Assembly: GCA_964414785.1 (NCBI GenBank)
Contig: CAYPXZ010000016.1
Coordinates: 677 to 64,676, forward strand
Reading direction: 5' to 3'
Length of the DNA: 64,000 nt
DNA from: an uncultured Opitutaceae bacterium
GTDB lineage: Bacteria > Verrucomicrobiota > Verrucomicrobiia > Opitutales > Opitutaceae
How positions within the stretch are numbered: position 1 is the stretch's first letter; each line of letters starts with the position of its first letter. The translations under genes and the position numbers were made by a program. The notes under the pieces are model-generated. The model saw nothing but the letters and a program-made list of their open reading frames with translations, was not told where the DNA came from and made no database searches. Of the stretch, positions 55,056-64,000 are shown in pieces.

Positions 55056-56065
55056 CCGCCGATGTAGCTCATCTCGACCTTCTCGCGCGGCCTGCCCGCC
55101 GCGAGCACCTCGGCCCTCTCGTCGCTGTAGCGGTCCCTGCGGCCGCCCCATATCCCCTGCAGGAACGCCGTGAGCCCGGCGTCGTCCGAGCCCGACCTGA
55201 CGCGGGCCAGGACATCCCATCCCGAAGAGGCGAACAGGCACGTGAAGAGCTTGCCGTCGGCGGAGAGTCGCGCGCGGTGGCAGTCCTTGCAGAACGGCTC
55301 CGTGACCGAGCTGACGACGCCGATCTCGCCGCGGCCGTCCCGGTAGCGGTAGCGCGAGGCGACCTCGCCGCGGTATGCGGGCCCCGCCGGCTCGAGGGGC
55401 CACTTTGCCGAGATGCGCTCCACGATCTCGTGGGCCGGCACCACCTGCGAGGTCGACCAGTGGTTCGTGTTGCCCACGTCCATGAACTCGATGAACCGCA
55501 GCGTGTGGCCGCGCTCCCTGAAGTACTCGCAAAGGGGGATGACCTCGGCGTCGTTCACCCCGCGCTGGACGACACAGTTGACCTTCACGGGGAAGCCGGC
55601 CGCCGCGGCGGCGTCGATGCCGTCCAGCACGCGCGACACGTCGAATCCGAGCCCGTTCATCCTGCCGGCGGTCGGCCCGTCGAGCGCGTCGACGGAGACG
55701 TTGATCCTGTCGAGGCCGGCCAGGCGGAGCGCGCCAGCCTGCTTGCCCAGGAACCAGCCGTTGGTCGTCAGTGAAACATCGCCGACCCCCATGTCCTTGA
55801 TCCCCCGTATGATCGCGGGCAGGTCCCCGCGCAGGAGCGGCTCGCCCCCGGTAAGGCGCACCTTCTGGACACCCAGGCGCACAAAGGCGCCGACGATCCT
55901 CAGGAGCTCACCCGGGTTCATGAGGCGCTCGCCGGTAAGGAAGGGGTGGTCGGGGCCGAAGGCCTCCTTCGGCATGCAGTACGGGCACCTGAAGTTGCAG
56001 CGGTCCGTCACCGAAACGCGAAGGTCCCTCAGCGGGCGTCCAAGTGTGTCGCGGGTTCCGGACAT
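55052..56065 (-). CDS. moaA: GTP 3',8-cyclase MoaA (radical SAM)
   Basis: LRVSVTDRCNFRCPYCMP, VRLTGGEPLLR and a C-terminal CxxCxRxRLSADGKL second cluster. Confidence 0.93.
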   Translation of the reverse strand: MSGTRDTLGRPLRDLRVSVTDRCNFRCPYCMPKEAFGPDHPFLTGERLMNPGELLRIVGAFVRLGVQKVRLTGGEPLLRGDLPAIIRGIKDMGVGDVSLTTNGWFLGKQAGALRLAGLDRINVSVDALDGPTAGRMNGLGFDVSRVLDGIDAAAAAGFPVKVNCVVQRGVNDAEVIPLCEYFRERGHTLRFIEFMDVGNTNHWSTSQVVPAHEIVERISAKWPLEPAGPAYRGEVASRYRYRDGRGEIGVVSSVTEPFCKDCHRARLSADGKLFTCLFASSGWDVLARVRSGSDDAGLTAFLQGIWGGRRDRYSDERAEVLAAGRPREKVEMSYIGG

Positions 56066-56116
56066 GTAATAATTCAGAAATGCACCAAATCGTTATTTTC
56101 GCGAGGAGGGATTTGT

Positions 56117-57340
56117 GTGCTATCCTTCGGCGTGCTCACACCCGAAGGCGCCGAGAGGCTCATACTGGAGGCGATCCCGCTCTTCCACAGGGAGGATTGC
56201 GCGATCGCAGAGGCCCACGGCAGGGTGCTGCGAAGCGACCTCAAGGCGGACCGGGACCTTCCCCCCTATGACCGGGTGACGATGGACGGTTTTGCGCTCA
56301 GGTCCTCGTCGCGCGAGAAGGGGGTTGTAAAGTTCCGGATAGAGGCGACCCGGGCGCCGGGGATGAAGCAGGTGGGCCTTGGTCCGGGCGACGACGCGTG
56401 TGTGGAGGTCATGACCGGTTCCGTCCTCCCGGAGGGCGCGGACTGCGTGGTTCCCTATGAGGAGACGGCACGCGAGGGCGACGTGATGGCCGTCCTGGCG
56501 GCGGCGGAGCCCGCGGCGTCGGGCCGGCACATCCACCGGCGCGGTTCGGACCACGCGGCGGGCGACGTGATCATCCGGGCGGGCGTCCGGCTGACCGGGC
56601 GCGAGATAGCCGTGGCGGCCGCGTGCGGGCACCCCGCGCTGACCGTGACCCATTGCCCGAAGATCGCCGTGATCTCGACGGGAGACGAGCTTGTCGAGGT
56701 CGACTCGCTCGTTGCGCCGCACCAGATCCGGCGCAGCAACGACCACGCCCTGCGTGCCGCCCTGATTGCGGCGGGATACCCCAGGGCAGACAGGTTCCAC
56801 CTGCGTGACAACCGCCACGAGATCGAGCACATGCTCTGGCACATCCTCGCGGAATACGACGTCGTGCTGATCACCGGCGGCGTGTCCAAGGGGAAGTTCG
56901 ACTTCCTCCCCTCGGAGCTCGGGCGCCAGGGCGTGAAGAAGATCTTCCAGGGTGTCGCGCAGCGCCCCGGCAAGCCGTTCTGGTTCGGGCTGAGCGGCCG
57001 GATGACCCCCGTCTTCGCCCTGCCCGGGAACCCGGTCTCTGCCTACACGTGCCTCCACCGCTACGTTCTGCCGGCCCTCGACCACGCGAGCGGCCTCGCG
57101 CTCCGGGCACCCCTCCTCGCGGCGCTCGCCGGGAAGTTCGTGTTCAGGCCCAAGCTCGCGTGCCTCCTGCCGGTCAGGATCTCGAGCGGCCCGGGCGCGG
57201 AGCTCCTCGCGACACCCTGCGCGACCAACTCGTCGGGGGACTTTGCGGGCCTGGTGGGCACCGACGGCTTCGTGGAGCTGCCCGCGGCCCAGGACGAGTT
57301 CCCAGGGGGCTTTGTCGCGCCCTACAGGGCCTGGGTCTGA
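56117..57340 (+). CDS. moeA: Molybdopterin molybdenumtransferase MoeA
   Basis: PPYDRVTMDGFALRS, TGDEL, ITGGVSKGKFDF and PGKPFWFG...VFALPGNPVS. The GTG start at 56117 is inferred; the upstream part of the track ORF overlaps moaA antisense. Confidence 0.88.
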   Translation: MLSFGVLTPEGAERLILEAIPLFHREDCAIAEAHGRVLRSDLKADRDLPPYDRVTMDGFALRSSSREKGVVKFRIEATRAPGMKQVGLGPGDDACVEVMTGSVLPEGADCVVPYEETAREGDVMAVLAAAEPAASGRHIHRRGSDHAAGDVIIRAGVRLTGREIAVAAACGHPALTVTHCPKIAVISTGDELVEVDSLVAPHQIRRSNDHALRAALIAAGYPRADRFHLRDNRHEIEHMLWHILAEYDVVLITGGVSKGKFDFLPSELGRQGVKKIFQGVAQRPGKPFWFGLSGRMTPVFALPGNPVSAYTCLHRYVLPALDHASGLALRAPLLAALAGKFVFRPKLACLLPVRISSGPGAELLATPCATNSSGDFAGLVGTDGFVELPAAQDEFPGGFVAPYRAWV

Positions 57341-57375
57341 GCCGAGCGCTCAAGGGTTGCGGTCGGCGGGCCGGG

Positions 57376-57897
57376 ATGCACATTGTGCGGACCCCGATGC
57401 AGCCCAAGCGCAGCCTCTCGCACCTAGGCGCCGACAACCGCCCCCAGATGGTGGACGTCGGGGGCAAGCGCGTCACCTCCCGCACCGCGACGGCGGCGGC
57501 CGTCGTCGTCCTCCCCGCGGCGCTCGCCCGGCTCCTGGAAGGCGGCGAGATCCGCACGGCGAAGGGCCCCATCTTCCAGCTGGCGACCGTGGCCGGCATC
57601 ATGGGCGCGAAGCGCACCTCCGAGCTCATCCCCCTCTGCCACCCGATTCCGCTCGACGACTGCAAGATAGAGATCACCTCGCGCCGCCCGGCGGCCGACG
57701 GCTCGGTCGAGGTGGAGGTGCGCTGCCGCGCGAAGACCCGGGCCCGGACCGGCGTCGAGATGGAGGCGCTCACCGGCGCCAGCGTGGCGGCCCTCGCGCT
57801 CTACGACATGGGCAAGGCAGTGACCCACGGGATCGTGGTCAGGGACCTGCGACTCCTCGAGAAGACCGGCGGCAAGAAGGACTACCGAGCCCCGTGA
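57376..57897 (+). CDS. moaC: Cyclic pyranopterin monophosphate synthase MoaC
   Basis: MVDVGGKRVTSRTATA, KGPIFQLATVAGIMGAKRTSELIPLCHP, GVEMEALTGASVAALALYDM. Confidence 0.92.
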   Translation: MHIVRTPMQPKRSLSHLGADNRPQMVDVGGKRVTSRTATAAAVVVLPAALARLLEGGEIRTAKGPIFQLATVAGIMGAKRTSELIPLCHPIPLDDCKIEITSRRPAADGSVEVEVRCRAKTRARTGVEMEALTGASVAALALYDMGKAVTHGIVVRDLRLLEKTGGKKDYRAP

Positions 57898-58139
57898 AGA
57901 AGACGGTCCGCGTGAGCTATTTTGCGATCCTGCGCGAGCAGAGGGGCCTCGGCGCCGAGCAGGTCTCGACCGAGGCCTCGACCGCGGCGGAGCTCTACGA
58001 GGAGCTGCGGGGGCGCCACCGGTTCACGCTTCCCGCGGCGCGGGTGCGCGTCGCGATCAACGACGAGTTCGGACCCTGGTCCTCGGAGGTCCGGGAGGGC
58101 GACGCGCTCGCCTTCCTGCCGCCGGTCGCGGGGGGCTGA
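57894..58139 (+). CDS. moaD: Molybdopterin synthase sulfur-carrier subunit MoaD
   Basis: 81 aa ending in ...FLPPVAGG (C-terminal Gly-Gly). The GTG start overlaps the moaC stop. Confidence 0.85.
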   Translation: MKKTVRVSYFAILREQRGLGAEQVSTEASTAAELYEELRGRHRFTLPAARVRVAINDEFGPWSSEVREGDALAFLPPVAGG

Positions 58140-58143
58140 AGCC

Positions 58144-58587
58144 ATGACGTTCCGGCTCACCGACGCTCCGATCGACCCGGCGTCCCTCATCAAGGGGTTC
58201 GGCGATGCGCGCGCCGGGGCCTGCGTCACGTTCGAGGGGCGAGTCCGGGGCCAGAACGACGGGAAGGGCGTGAAAGCGCTCGACTACGAGGCCCATGCGA
58301 CGCTGGCGCAGAAGGAGGGGGAGAGGATCCTTGCCGAGGCCCGGGAGAAGTTTGAGATCCTCGACGCCCTATGCGTGCACAGGACGGGAAGCCTCAGCCT
58401 CGGGGACATCGCCGTCTGGATCGCCGTCGTCGCCGCCCACCGGGGAGCCGCGTTCGAGGCCTGCCGCTTCATCATCGACGAGTCCAAGGCGCGCGTCCCG
58501 ATCTGGAAGAAGGAGCACTACTCGGATGGATCCACGGAATGGATCAACTGCGCGACGAGGGGGCCGGAATCCTCCGGCCCGGGTTAA
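58144..58587 (+). CDS. moaE: Molybdopterin synthase catalytic subunit MoaE
   Basis: GACVTFEGRVR, ALDYEAHATLA, AVVAAHRGAAFEACRFIIDESKARVPIWKKE. Confidence 0.9.
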   Translation: MTFRLTDAPIDPASLIKGFGDARAGACVTFEGRVRGQNDGKGVKALDYEAHATLAQKEGERILAEAREKFEILDALCVHRTGSLSLGDIAVWIAVVAAHRGAAFEACRFIIDESKARVPIWKKEHYSDGSTEWINCATRGPESSGPG

Positions 58588-58681
58588 AGTGAGGTGAAAA
58601 TGGCGCCGGGAGCCCGTGTGGACGCTGTTTTGCTTCGGCTCGACAGCGTCCGGCGCCATTGTTACGAACAACGTCACTAAA

Positions 58682-59014
58682 ATGGGCACTCATTACATGA
58701 TCTTCGCGGCGGCCACCACGACGCTCGATAAGCTGCAGAAAATCCCGAAGGAGTTCTGGCTGAAGGCGGGCGGCGCGGTCGCGGCCGTCATCATCGTATT
58801 CATCATCATCCAGAAGGTATTGAAGATAAATAAGTTCGTGCTCGGTGGCATCGTCTTCGTGGGAGGCGGGCTCATGTGGTTCAACTGGATCTACCACCGC
58901 ACCGAGCCGAAGTTCCTGACGCCCCTCGTCGACAGGATCGCGCCCTTCTTCCCCTCGGCCGGCGCCTACGACGCGAAGCAGCAGACGAACCCGGGCGACG
59001 CGAAGAAGAAGTAG
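58682..59014 (+). CDS. Small hypothetical membrane protein
   Basis: Two TM segments (AVAAVIIVFIIIQKVL and LGGIVFVGGGLMWFNWIY). The start is uncertain, either GTG 58616 or ATG 58682. Confidence 0.45.
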   Translation: MGTHYMIFAAATTTLDKLQKIPKEFWLKAGGAVAAVIIVFIIIQKVLKINKFVLGGIVFVGGGLMWFNWIYHRTEPKFLTPLVDRIAPFFPSAGAYDAKQQTNPGDAKKK

Positions 59015-59069
59015 GCTCTTTTAGAAACTGCTTGGATTCGGGGCGCCAGTGGGGGAGATTTGTGGCCCT

Positions 59070-60572
59070 ATGGCTAAACCCCTTTCCGACATTGGTCTCG
59101 TTGGCCTAGCGGTCATGGGCCAGAACCTGGCCCTCAACATCGCCGACCACGGGTTTCAGATCTCGGTCTTCAACCGCACGACGGAGAAGACCGACAAGTT
59201 CGTCGCCGAGAACCCAGGGACCCCCGGCGGCGTCATCGGGACAAAAACGATCGGGGAATTCGTGGCCTCGCTGTCGCTGCCCAGGAAGATCGTGATCCTC
59301 GTTCAGGCGGGGAAGGGCACGGACGCGGTCATCGACAGCCTCGCCCCGCTTCTCGCCAAGGGGGACATCGTGATCGACGGCGGGAACTCGCTCTGGACGG
59401 ACACCATCCGCCGCGAGAAGGCCTTCAGCGCAAGGGGACTCCGCTTCATCGGAAGCGGCGTCTCGGGCGGCGAGGAGGGCGCGCGCTTCGGCCCCTCGCT
59501 CATGCCCGGTGGCGAATTTGAGGCGTGGCTCGAGATCAAGCCGGTGTGGGAGGCCATCGCCGCCAAGGTGGACCCGAAGACGGGCAAGCCCCTCGCGGGC
59601 GCGGCTCCCGGCAAGCCGGTCGTGGGAGGCGTGCCCTGCACGACCTACATCGGCGCGAACGGCGCGGGGCACTACGTGAAGATGGTGCACAACGGGATCG
59701 AGTACGGCGACATGCAGATGATCTGCGAGGCCTACGCCCTGATGAAGGGGCTCCTCGGGCTAAAGCCCGCCGAGATGGGAGCCATCTTCACCGAGTGGAA
59801 CACGGGGATCCTCGACAGCTTCCTGATCGAGATCACGGCCGACATCCTCAAGCAGAAGGACCCCGTCACAAGGAAGCCCTTCGTGGACGTCGTCCTCGAC
59901 ACCGCGGGCCAGAAGGGCACCGGAAAGTGGACGTCGACCAGCGCCCTCGACATGGGAGTGCCGGCCCCGACGATCGCCGAGGCGGTATTCGCACGCTGCA
60001 TCTCCGCCATCAAGGACGAGCGCGTCGCGGCCTCGAAGATCCTAAAGGGACCTTCGAAGAAGTACCGCGGCTCGAAGAAGGCGCTCATTGCCGCGATCCA
60101 CGACGCCCTCTATTGCTCGAAGATCTGCAGCTACGCGCAGGGCTTCCAGCTCATGCGCACCGGCGCGCAGGAGTATGGCTGGAAGCTGAATTTCGGCGAG
60201 ATCGCCAAGATATGGAGGGGCGGCTGCATCATCCGCGCCGCGTTCCTGCAGAAGATCACCGAGGCCTACGCCCGGAATCCCAACCTGGCGAACCTGCTCC
60301 TGGACCCCTACTTCAACAAGACGTTCAAGTCCGCGCAGGAGAACTGGCGGAAGGTTGTCGCCCTCGCCGCGGAATGCGGCGTGCCGGCGCCGACCTTCAG
60401 CACCTCGCTCGCCTACTACGACGGCTACCGGTCCGCGCGTCTGCCCGCGAACCTGCTCCAGGCGCAGCGCGACTTCTTCGGCGCACACACCTACGAGCGC
60501 GTGGACCAGCCTCGCGGGAAGTTCTTCCATCTCGATTGGCCCGATCCCAAGAGGCCGCAGGCGGCGGTCTGA
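59070..60572 (+). CDS. gnd: NADP-dependent 6-phosphogluconate dehydrogenase (decarboxylating)
   Basis: [64 protein letters not shown]. Confidence 0.95.
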   Translation: MAKPLSDIGLVGLAVMGQNLALNIADHGFQISVFNRTTEKTDKFVAENPGTPGGVIGTKTIGEFVASLSLPRKIVILVQAGKGTDAVIDSLAPLLAKGDIVIDGGNSLWTDTIRREKAFSARGLRFIGSGVSGGEEGARFGPSLMPGGEFEAWLEIKPVWEAIAAKVDPKTGKPLAGAAPGKPVVGGVPCTTYIGANGAGHYVKMVHNGIEYGDMQMICEAYALMKGLLGLKPAEMGAIFTEWNTGILDSFLIEITADILKQKDPVTRKPFVDVVLDTAGQKGTGKWTSTSALDMGVPAPTIAEAVFARCISAIKDERVAASKILKGPSKKYRGSKKALIAAIHDALYCSKICSYAQGFQLMRTGAQEYGWKLNFGEIAKIWRGGCIIRAAFLQKITEAYARNPNLANLLLDPYFNKTFKSAQENWRKVVALAAECGVPAPTFSTSLAYYDGYRSARLPANLLQAQRDFFGAHTYERVDQPRGKFFHLDWPDPKRPQAAV

Positions 60573-60593
60573 GGTCTGGGAACGTTTAGCCTA

Positions 60594-62177
60594 TCATTGC
60601 CCGATCCGGTAGTAGTCAAAGTCCACACGGCCGCCGGCGGTCTTGGTAGAATAATAGAAGAGGGCGAAGCGATAACCCATGAAGTGCGGGATGGTGTAGG
60701 AAAGGCGCGAGGGACGACCGATGGGTGTCCAGGAGCGGCCGTCGAGGCTGTAGGAAAAGCGGGCGACTTCAGGCGCGGGCTGAAATTCGCATTCGACCTT
60801 GAGGTGAACGGTTTTGCCAGAGAGGGGAACGGCGGCGATTTCCTCGGGATCGTCGGAGTCGGCGCTTACCATGACGAGAGATCTGGTGCCGTCGCTCATC
60901 TTTACGCCAACGAAACCATAGCGTTTCTGAAAAGCGGCGAGGCCGGCCCAGTCACCGTCTTTCATGCCGCTCACGTCGATGCTGGTGGTGGCAGAGCTGC
61001 GAGGGCCAAAAGTGCGCTGGGTGAGGGTATTCGTGGCCTCGGGCAGAGTGGAAACGATCCGGCTGGTGACGAAACTCAGGTAGCCCGGGCGCTTGGTGAG
61101 CGACCAGTTACGAGGCTCGGGATTGTGATTCCATTGCCAGGCGAGGGGCAGGTCGGGGTCGCCGGGCCGGCGGTCGAATTCGTCGGAGGCGACGATGCCG
61201 GAGACGCCGGACACGCCCTGTCCGCCGGCGGGGATGTCGAGCGTCGTGGGCACCTTGCCGTTTTCGCCGAGCACGGGCCAGCCGTCCTTCCAAGTCACGG
61301 GCACGAGGTAGGGGATGCGACCGACGGCGCCGTTGTCCTTGAAAAGATAGGCATACCATTTGCCTTCCGGGGTGTCGATGAGGCCGCCCTGGGCGATACC
61401 GCGATCATCGAGCGCGATGCGACCCTCGTAGGGACCGGTGATTGCGTCGGCGCGGTGGACGATGACCGTGCGCGCCCAGCGGCTCCCGGGCGAGGCGATG
61501 TTGAAGAGGTAGTAGCGTCCGTTGATCTTGGAAAGCTGCGAGCCCTCGCCCTTGAGCCCGCCCTGGTCGGCACCGAAGACGGCGTTGACATTTTCGACGA
61601 TGACCTGGTTCACGCCGCCGGGCTTGATTCCGGAGAGGTCGGGTTGCAGCTCGGTGAGCATAATACGACCCCCCCCGTAAACCATGTAAACGCGACCGTC
61701 GTCGTCGAAAAACAGGCTGTGGTCACCCAGCGAGGGCGTGAAACTCGCCTCTTTCCACGGGCCGCGCTCCGGATCGCGCGTGGTGTAGATGTGGGTGCGT
61801 CCGGTGGTGGCGGAGAAGGTCGAGGCATAGAACACGCCGTCGTGGAAACGCAGGCTGCTGGCCCAGGAGCCGTGACCGTAGGCGTTTTTGCCGTTTTCGA
61901 GGCGGAGGGCTTCGTTGTCGGCGAGGGTTTCATAGGCGTAGGAGGCCATGCGCCAGTTGACCAGGTCCGCCGACTTCATGATCGGGAGACCCGGGCTCAG
62001 GTGCATCGTCGTGCTGCTCATGTAAAAGGTATTTCCTACACGGATAATGGCGATGTCCGGAACGTCGGCCCACATAAGAGGATTTCGGGCAGGATCCGCC
62101 TGCGTCGCCGGAAGTGGCTGAGACGTGACGGAGGCGAGGACGAAGGCCACCGAGAAGGAAAAAATCGAGCGGTTCAT
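60594..62177 (-). CDS. Glycoside hydrolase family 43 (beta-xylosidase/alpha-L-arabinofuranosidase) with C-terminal beta-sandwich domain
   Basis: Signal peptide, then NPLMWADVPDIAIIRVGNTFYMSSTT and WASSLRFHDGVFY, which are typical of GH43. The C-terminal ~190 aa is lectin/LamG-like. Confidence 0.8.
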   Translation of the reverse strand: MNRSIFSFSVAFVLASVTSQPLPATQADPARNPLMWADVPDIAIIRVGNTFYMSSTTMHLSPGLPIMKSADLVNWRMASYAYETLADNEALRLENGKNAYGHGSWASSLRFHDGVFYASTFSATTGRTHIYTTRDPERGPWKEASFTPSLGDHSLFFDDDGRVYMVYGGGRIMLTELQPDLSGIKPGGVNQVIVENVNAVFGADQGGLKGEGSQLSKINGRYYLFNIASPGSRWARTVIVHRADAITGPYEGRIALDDRGIAQGGLIDTPEGKWYAYLFKDNGAVGRIPYLVPVTWKDGWPVLGENGKVPTTLDIPAGGQGVSGVSGIVASDEFDRRPGDPDLPLAWQWNHNPEPRNWSLTKRPGYLSFVTSRIVSTLPEATNTLTQRTFGPRSSATTSIDVSGMKDGDWAGLAAFQKRYGFVGVKMSDGTRSLVMVSADSDDPEEIAAVPLSGKTVHLKVECEFQPAPEVARFSYSLDGRSWTPIGRPSRLSYTIPHFMGYRFALFYYSTKTAGGRVDFDYYRIGQ

Positions 62178-62293
62178 GGGCGGGTGGGAGAGAAGGCGGA
62201 AGGCCGATTCAGGCCGTCAGAGGTAGCAGCAAGGGGGCCGGTGCGAATCTTCGGGCTGATCTTTACATGTTTTGTGCCAGCGGCGTTAACCGG

Positions 62294-64000
62294 CTACTTC
62301 TTGGCGGGAAACCGCAGCAATGTGACGGAGTAAGGTGCAAACGTGCGGTCAAACACCGCCGCGGCATTCGTAAACGGCTCCTCCTTGGGCGCAACGTTCT
62401 CCGGCTGTGAGATTGAATTGATCGCTGAGGGAGGGCCCGTGATGACGATCGCCTTGCCGGCGCCGATCTCGCTCGCGCCCCGAAGGTGGATTTCGGTCTC
62501 CAGTGGGGTAGCTGCAGTATTGACAAACTTCACGATCAATTCGCCGCTGGCGTTGACGTAAGACGCCGACGCGAATGCGGTGGCCGTCGGTTGGCGCGGC
62601 TCATCGTTTTCCGCCATGACCAGTTTGCCGTCGACATAACCGCGTGCGGCGTGGCCGTTCACTTCAAGTTTCAGATCGTACCACCGGCCTGTTTCAACTG
62701 AGAAGGGTGCGCCCTCTCCGTAGGGTTCACGACCACCGTTTTCGGACACCTCACAACGGGAAACCGTATTGCCCCAACCGCCAAGATTCCACCAGCGGTA
62801 GTTGTCGCCGTCAACCGCGTGCCAGAGCAGGATGAAGCCTTCGTCGCCGGCAAGCTTCCGCGCGCGCAGTGTGATGGTGTAATTCGTCCAGCCCAAATCG
62901 CCCGTGAGCGCCCAGGTCTGGGGACCGTCGCCAAGTGGGCGCAAGATGCCGCCGCCAAGGGACCAGCCCCCCTGACAGAATTGCCATTGGCCGGCATCCT
63001 TGGTCAGGTTGTCTGTAGAGAGTTTTCGGCCGTCCGGATTGGTGACAACGAAGTCAGAATATTCGACCTGAGTCCCATATGAACCCACGCCAACCCGGCC
63101 GTGAGGATCTGGATCCCCGATCGCGGGGAGATGGGGAGCATCGAGTCTCACCGGCACAACGACATCCCCCTTGTTTTGCCCGAAAACGGCCAGCACGTGG
63201 TAGCTAGGAGAGCCGAAGACGTGGAGTGAGTCGTACCCGATCAGGTTCGTATTCCACTGCCAGCCTCGCGGGTGACCCTTCGCCTGGTCCTCGGCGTTCA
63301 CATTTGCGAAAAGTGGGGCGTAACATTGCATCACGACGTCGTCGGCATTGCGCTCGAGGCCCATGACGAAAACGGCGTCACCGAGGGCGGACATTAGGTT
63401 CGGGGTTGGCGAGCCACCCTGCGTGGCCCATTCACCCATGAATACCTTGATACCGTTAGTCTTGCGGCCCTCCGGATGACCGGAACCCGGGTCGTAGCGG
63501 GTACCCTCGCGAATCATTGTTCCGGCGGTAGCATAAATGTGGTCGTCGATGAGGTCGGGTTTAGCCACCGTGACCGGCGTCGTGGCGATAATCTTGAGCT
63601 GTGGATATTTCTTCCGGATCGCCTTCGCCATGTTGGCAAAACGGCCTTCATAGCTGCCCGAACGGTCAAAAAAATCTTCATTGCCTATTTCCACATACTT
63701 CAGGCGGAACGGCTCGGGAAAACCGTCCGCGGCACGCCGCCTACCCCATTCGCTGTTGGCCGGACCCGTGACATACTCAATTTCCTCGAGGGCTTCTTTC
63801 GTGTAAAGGTCAAGCTCCGGGCTGCCCGCCGCGGCATAATCGCCGTTCAGCGTGTAGCCGGCAAAAAGCGCGAGCACGGGCTCGGCGCCAAGCTGCTTGC
63901 ACCAGAGCAGATACTCCGGCAGGCCGAAGCCGTCGCTGCTCCGGTAACTCCAACAGCCCTGATGGCCAGGCCGCTGATCAGCCGGCCCGATCATCTTCTT
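62294..64000 (-). CDS. GH51-like alpha-L-arabinofuranosidase with an inserted beta-sandwich module; N-terminus outside window
   Basis: YVEIGNEDF (acid/base region), VFMGEWAT (nucleophile region), and the C-terminal domain ...FAPYSVTLLRF. An inserted segment (GWTNYTITLRARK...WYDLKLEVNG...GYVDGKLV) resembles DUF1080/LamG-type modules. Confidence 0.7.
   Translation of the reverse strand, partial: KKMIGPADQRPGHQGCWSYRSSDGFGLPEYLLWCKQLGAEPVLALFAGYTLNGDYAAAGSPELDLYTKEALEEIEYVTGPANSEWGRRRAADGFPEPFRLKYVEIGNEDFFDRSGSYEGRFANMAKAIRKKYPQLKIIATTPVTVAKPDLIDDHIYATAGTMIREGTRYDPGSGHPEGRKTNGIKVFMGEWATQGGSPTPNLMSALGDAVFVMGLERNADDVVMQCYAPLFANVNAEDQAKGHPRGWQWNTNLIGYDSLHVFGSPSYHVLAVFGQNKGDVVVPVRLDAPHLPAIGDPDPHGRVGVGSYGTQVEYSDFVVTNPDGRKLSTDNLTKDAGQWQFCQGGWSLGGGILRPLGDGPQTWALTGDLGWTNYTITLRARKLAGDEGFILLWHAVDGDNYRWWNLGGWGNTVSRCEVSENGGREPYGEGAPFSVETGRWYDLKLEVNGHAARGYVDGKLVMAENDEPRQPTATAFASASYVNASGELIVKFVNTAATPLETEIHLRGASEIGAGKAIVITGPPSAINSISQPENVAPKEEPFTNAAAVFDRTFAPYSVTLLRFPAKK

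Noticed and set aside
56066-56116. Possible Moco riboswitch between divergent moaA and moeA.
   Set aside because: The intergenic region is only about 50 nt, far shorter than the Moco RNA motif.

Overview
GC-rich bacterial chromosomal segment. Gene content loosely suggests a Verrucomicrobiota/Opitutales-like organism, but that is a low-confidence guess. I support about 60 protein-coding genes and found no rRNA, tRNA, CRISPR array, transposase or integrase. Many long ORFs in the six-frame track are antisense shadows of real genes, as expected at this GC content, or are run-through fusions of adjacent genes.

Gene order:
- atpA (3' fragment)-atpG-atpD-atpC
- feoA-feoA-feoB plus a FeoB-associated Cys-rich peptide
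- HDAC-like deacetylase and a secreted MBL-fold hydrolase
- rnd-oleC-like-oleD-like
- two RNA methyltransferases
- a 1.3 kb low-GC islet carrying a two-gene toxin-antitoxin-like cassette, whose nucleotidyltransferase gene is broken at a G8/C8 homopolymer
- GT-C membrane glycosyltransferase, GH2 beta-mannosidase, CE7 esterase
- a small unknown gene followed by recA
- amidase and a DUF2165 membrane protein
- a large uptake locus: CodA-like amidohydrolase, FAD oxidase, one ABC importer, three NMT1/THI5-type binding proteins, two tandem TonB-dependent receptors and a cytochrome c fusion protein
- YbaY lipoprotein and a 2-hydroxyacid dehydrogenase
- a bufferin-type MNIO RiPP operon: Sec-exported 6-Cys precursor, DUF692, DUF2063, DoxX
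- GYF membrane protein
- emrA/emrB/tolC-like efflux operon
- rsuA-like pseudouridine synthase
- a DUF4177 protein with three ~85-aa repeats
- DAHP synthase, an unknown 465-aa protein, miaB, gmk
- moaA / moeA-moaC-moaD-moaE
- gnd
- GH43 and GH51 (partial), in a compositionally distinct block

The most interesting system is the small-peptide/MNIO cluster at 39.8-42.5 kb. Next in interest are the homopolymer-interrupted NTase cassette, the split oleC-oleD pair, the hybrid TonB/ABC locus and the repeat protein at 48.3-49.9 kb.
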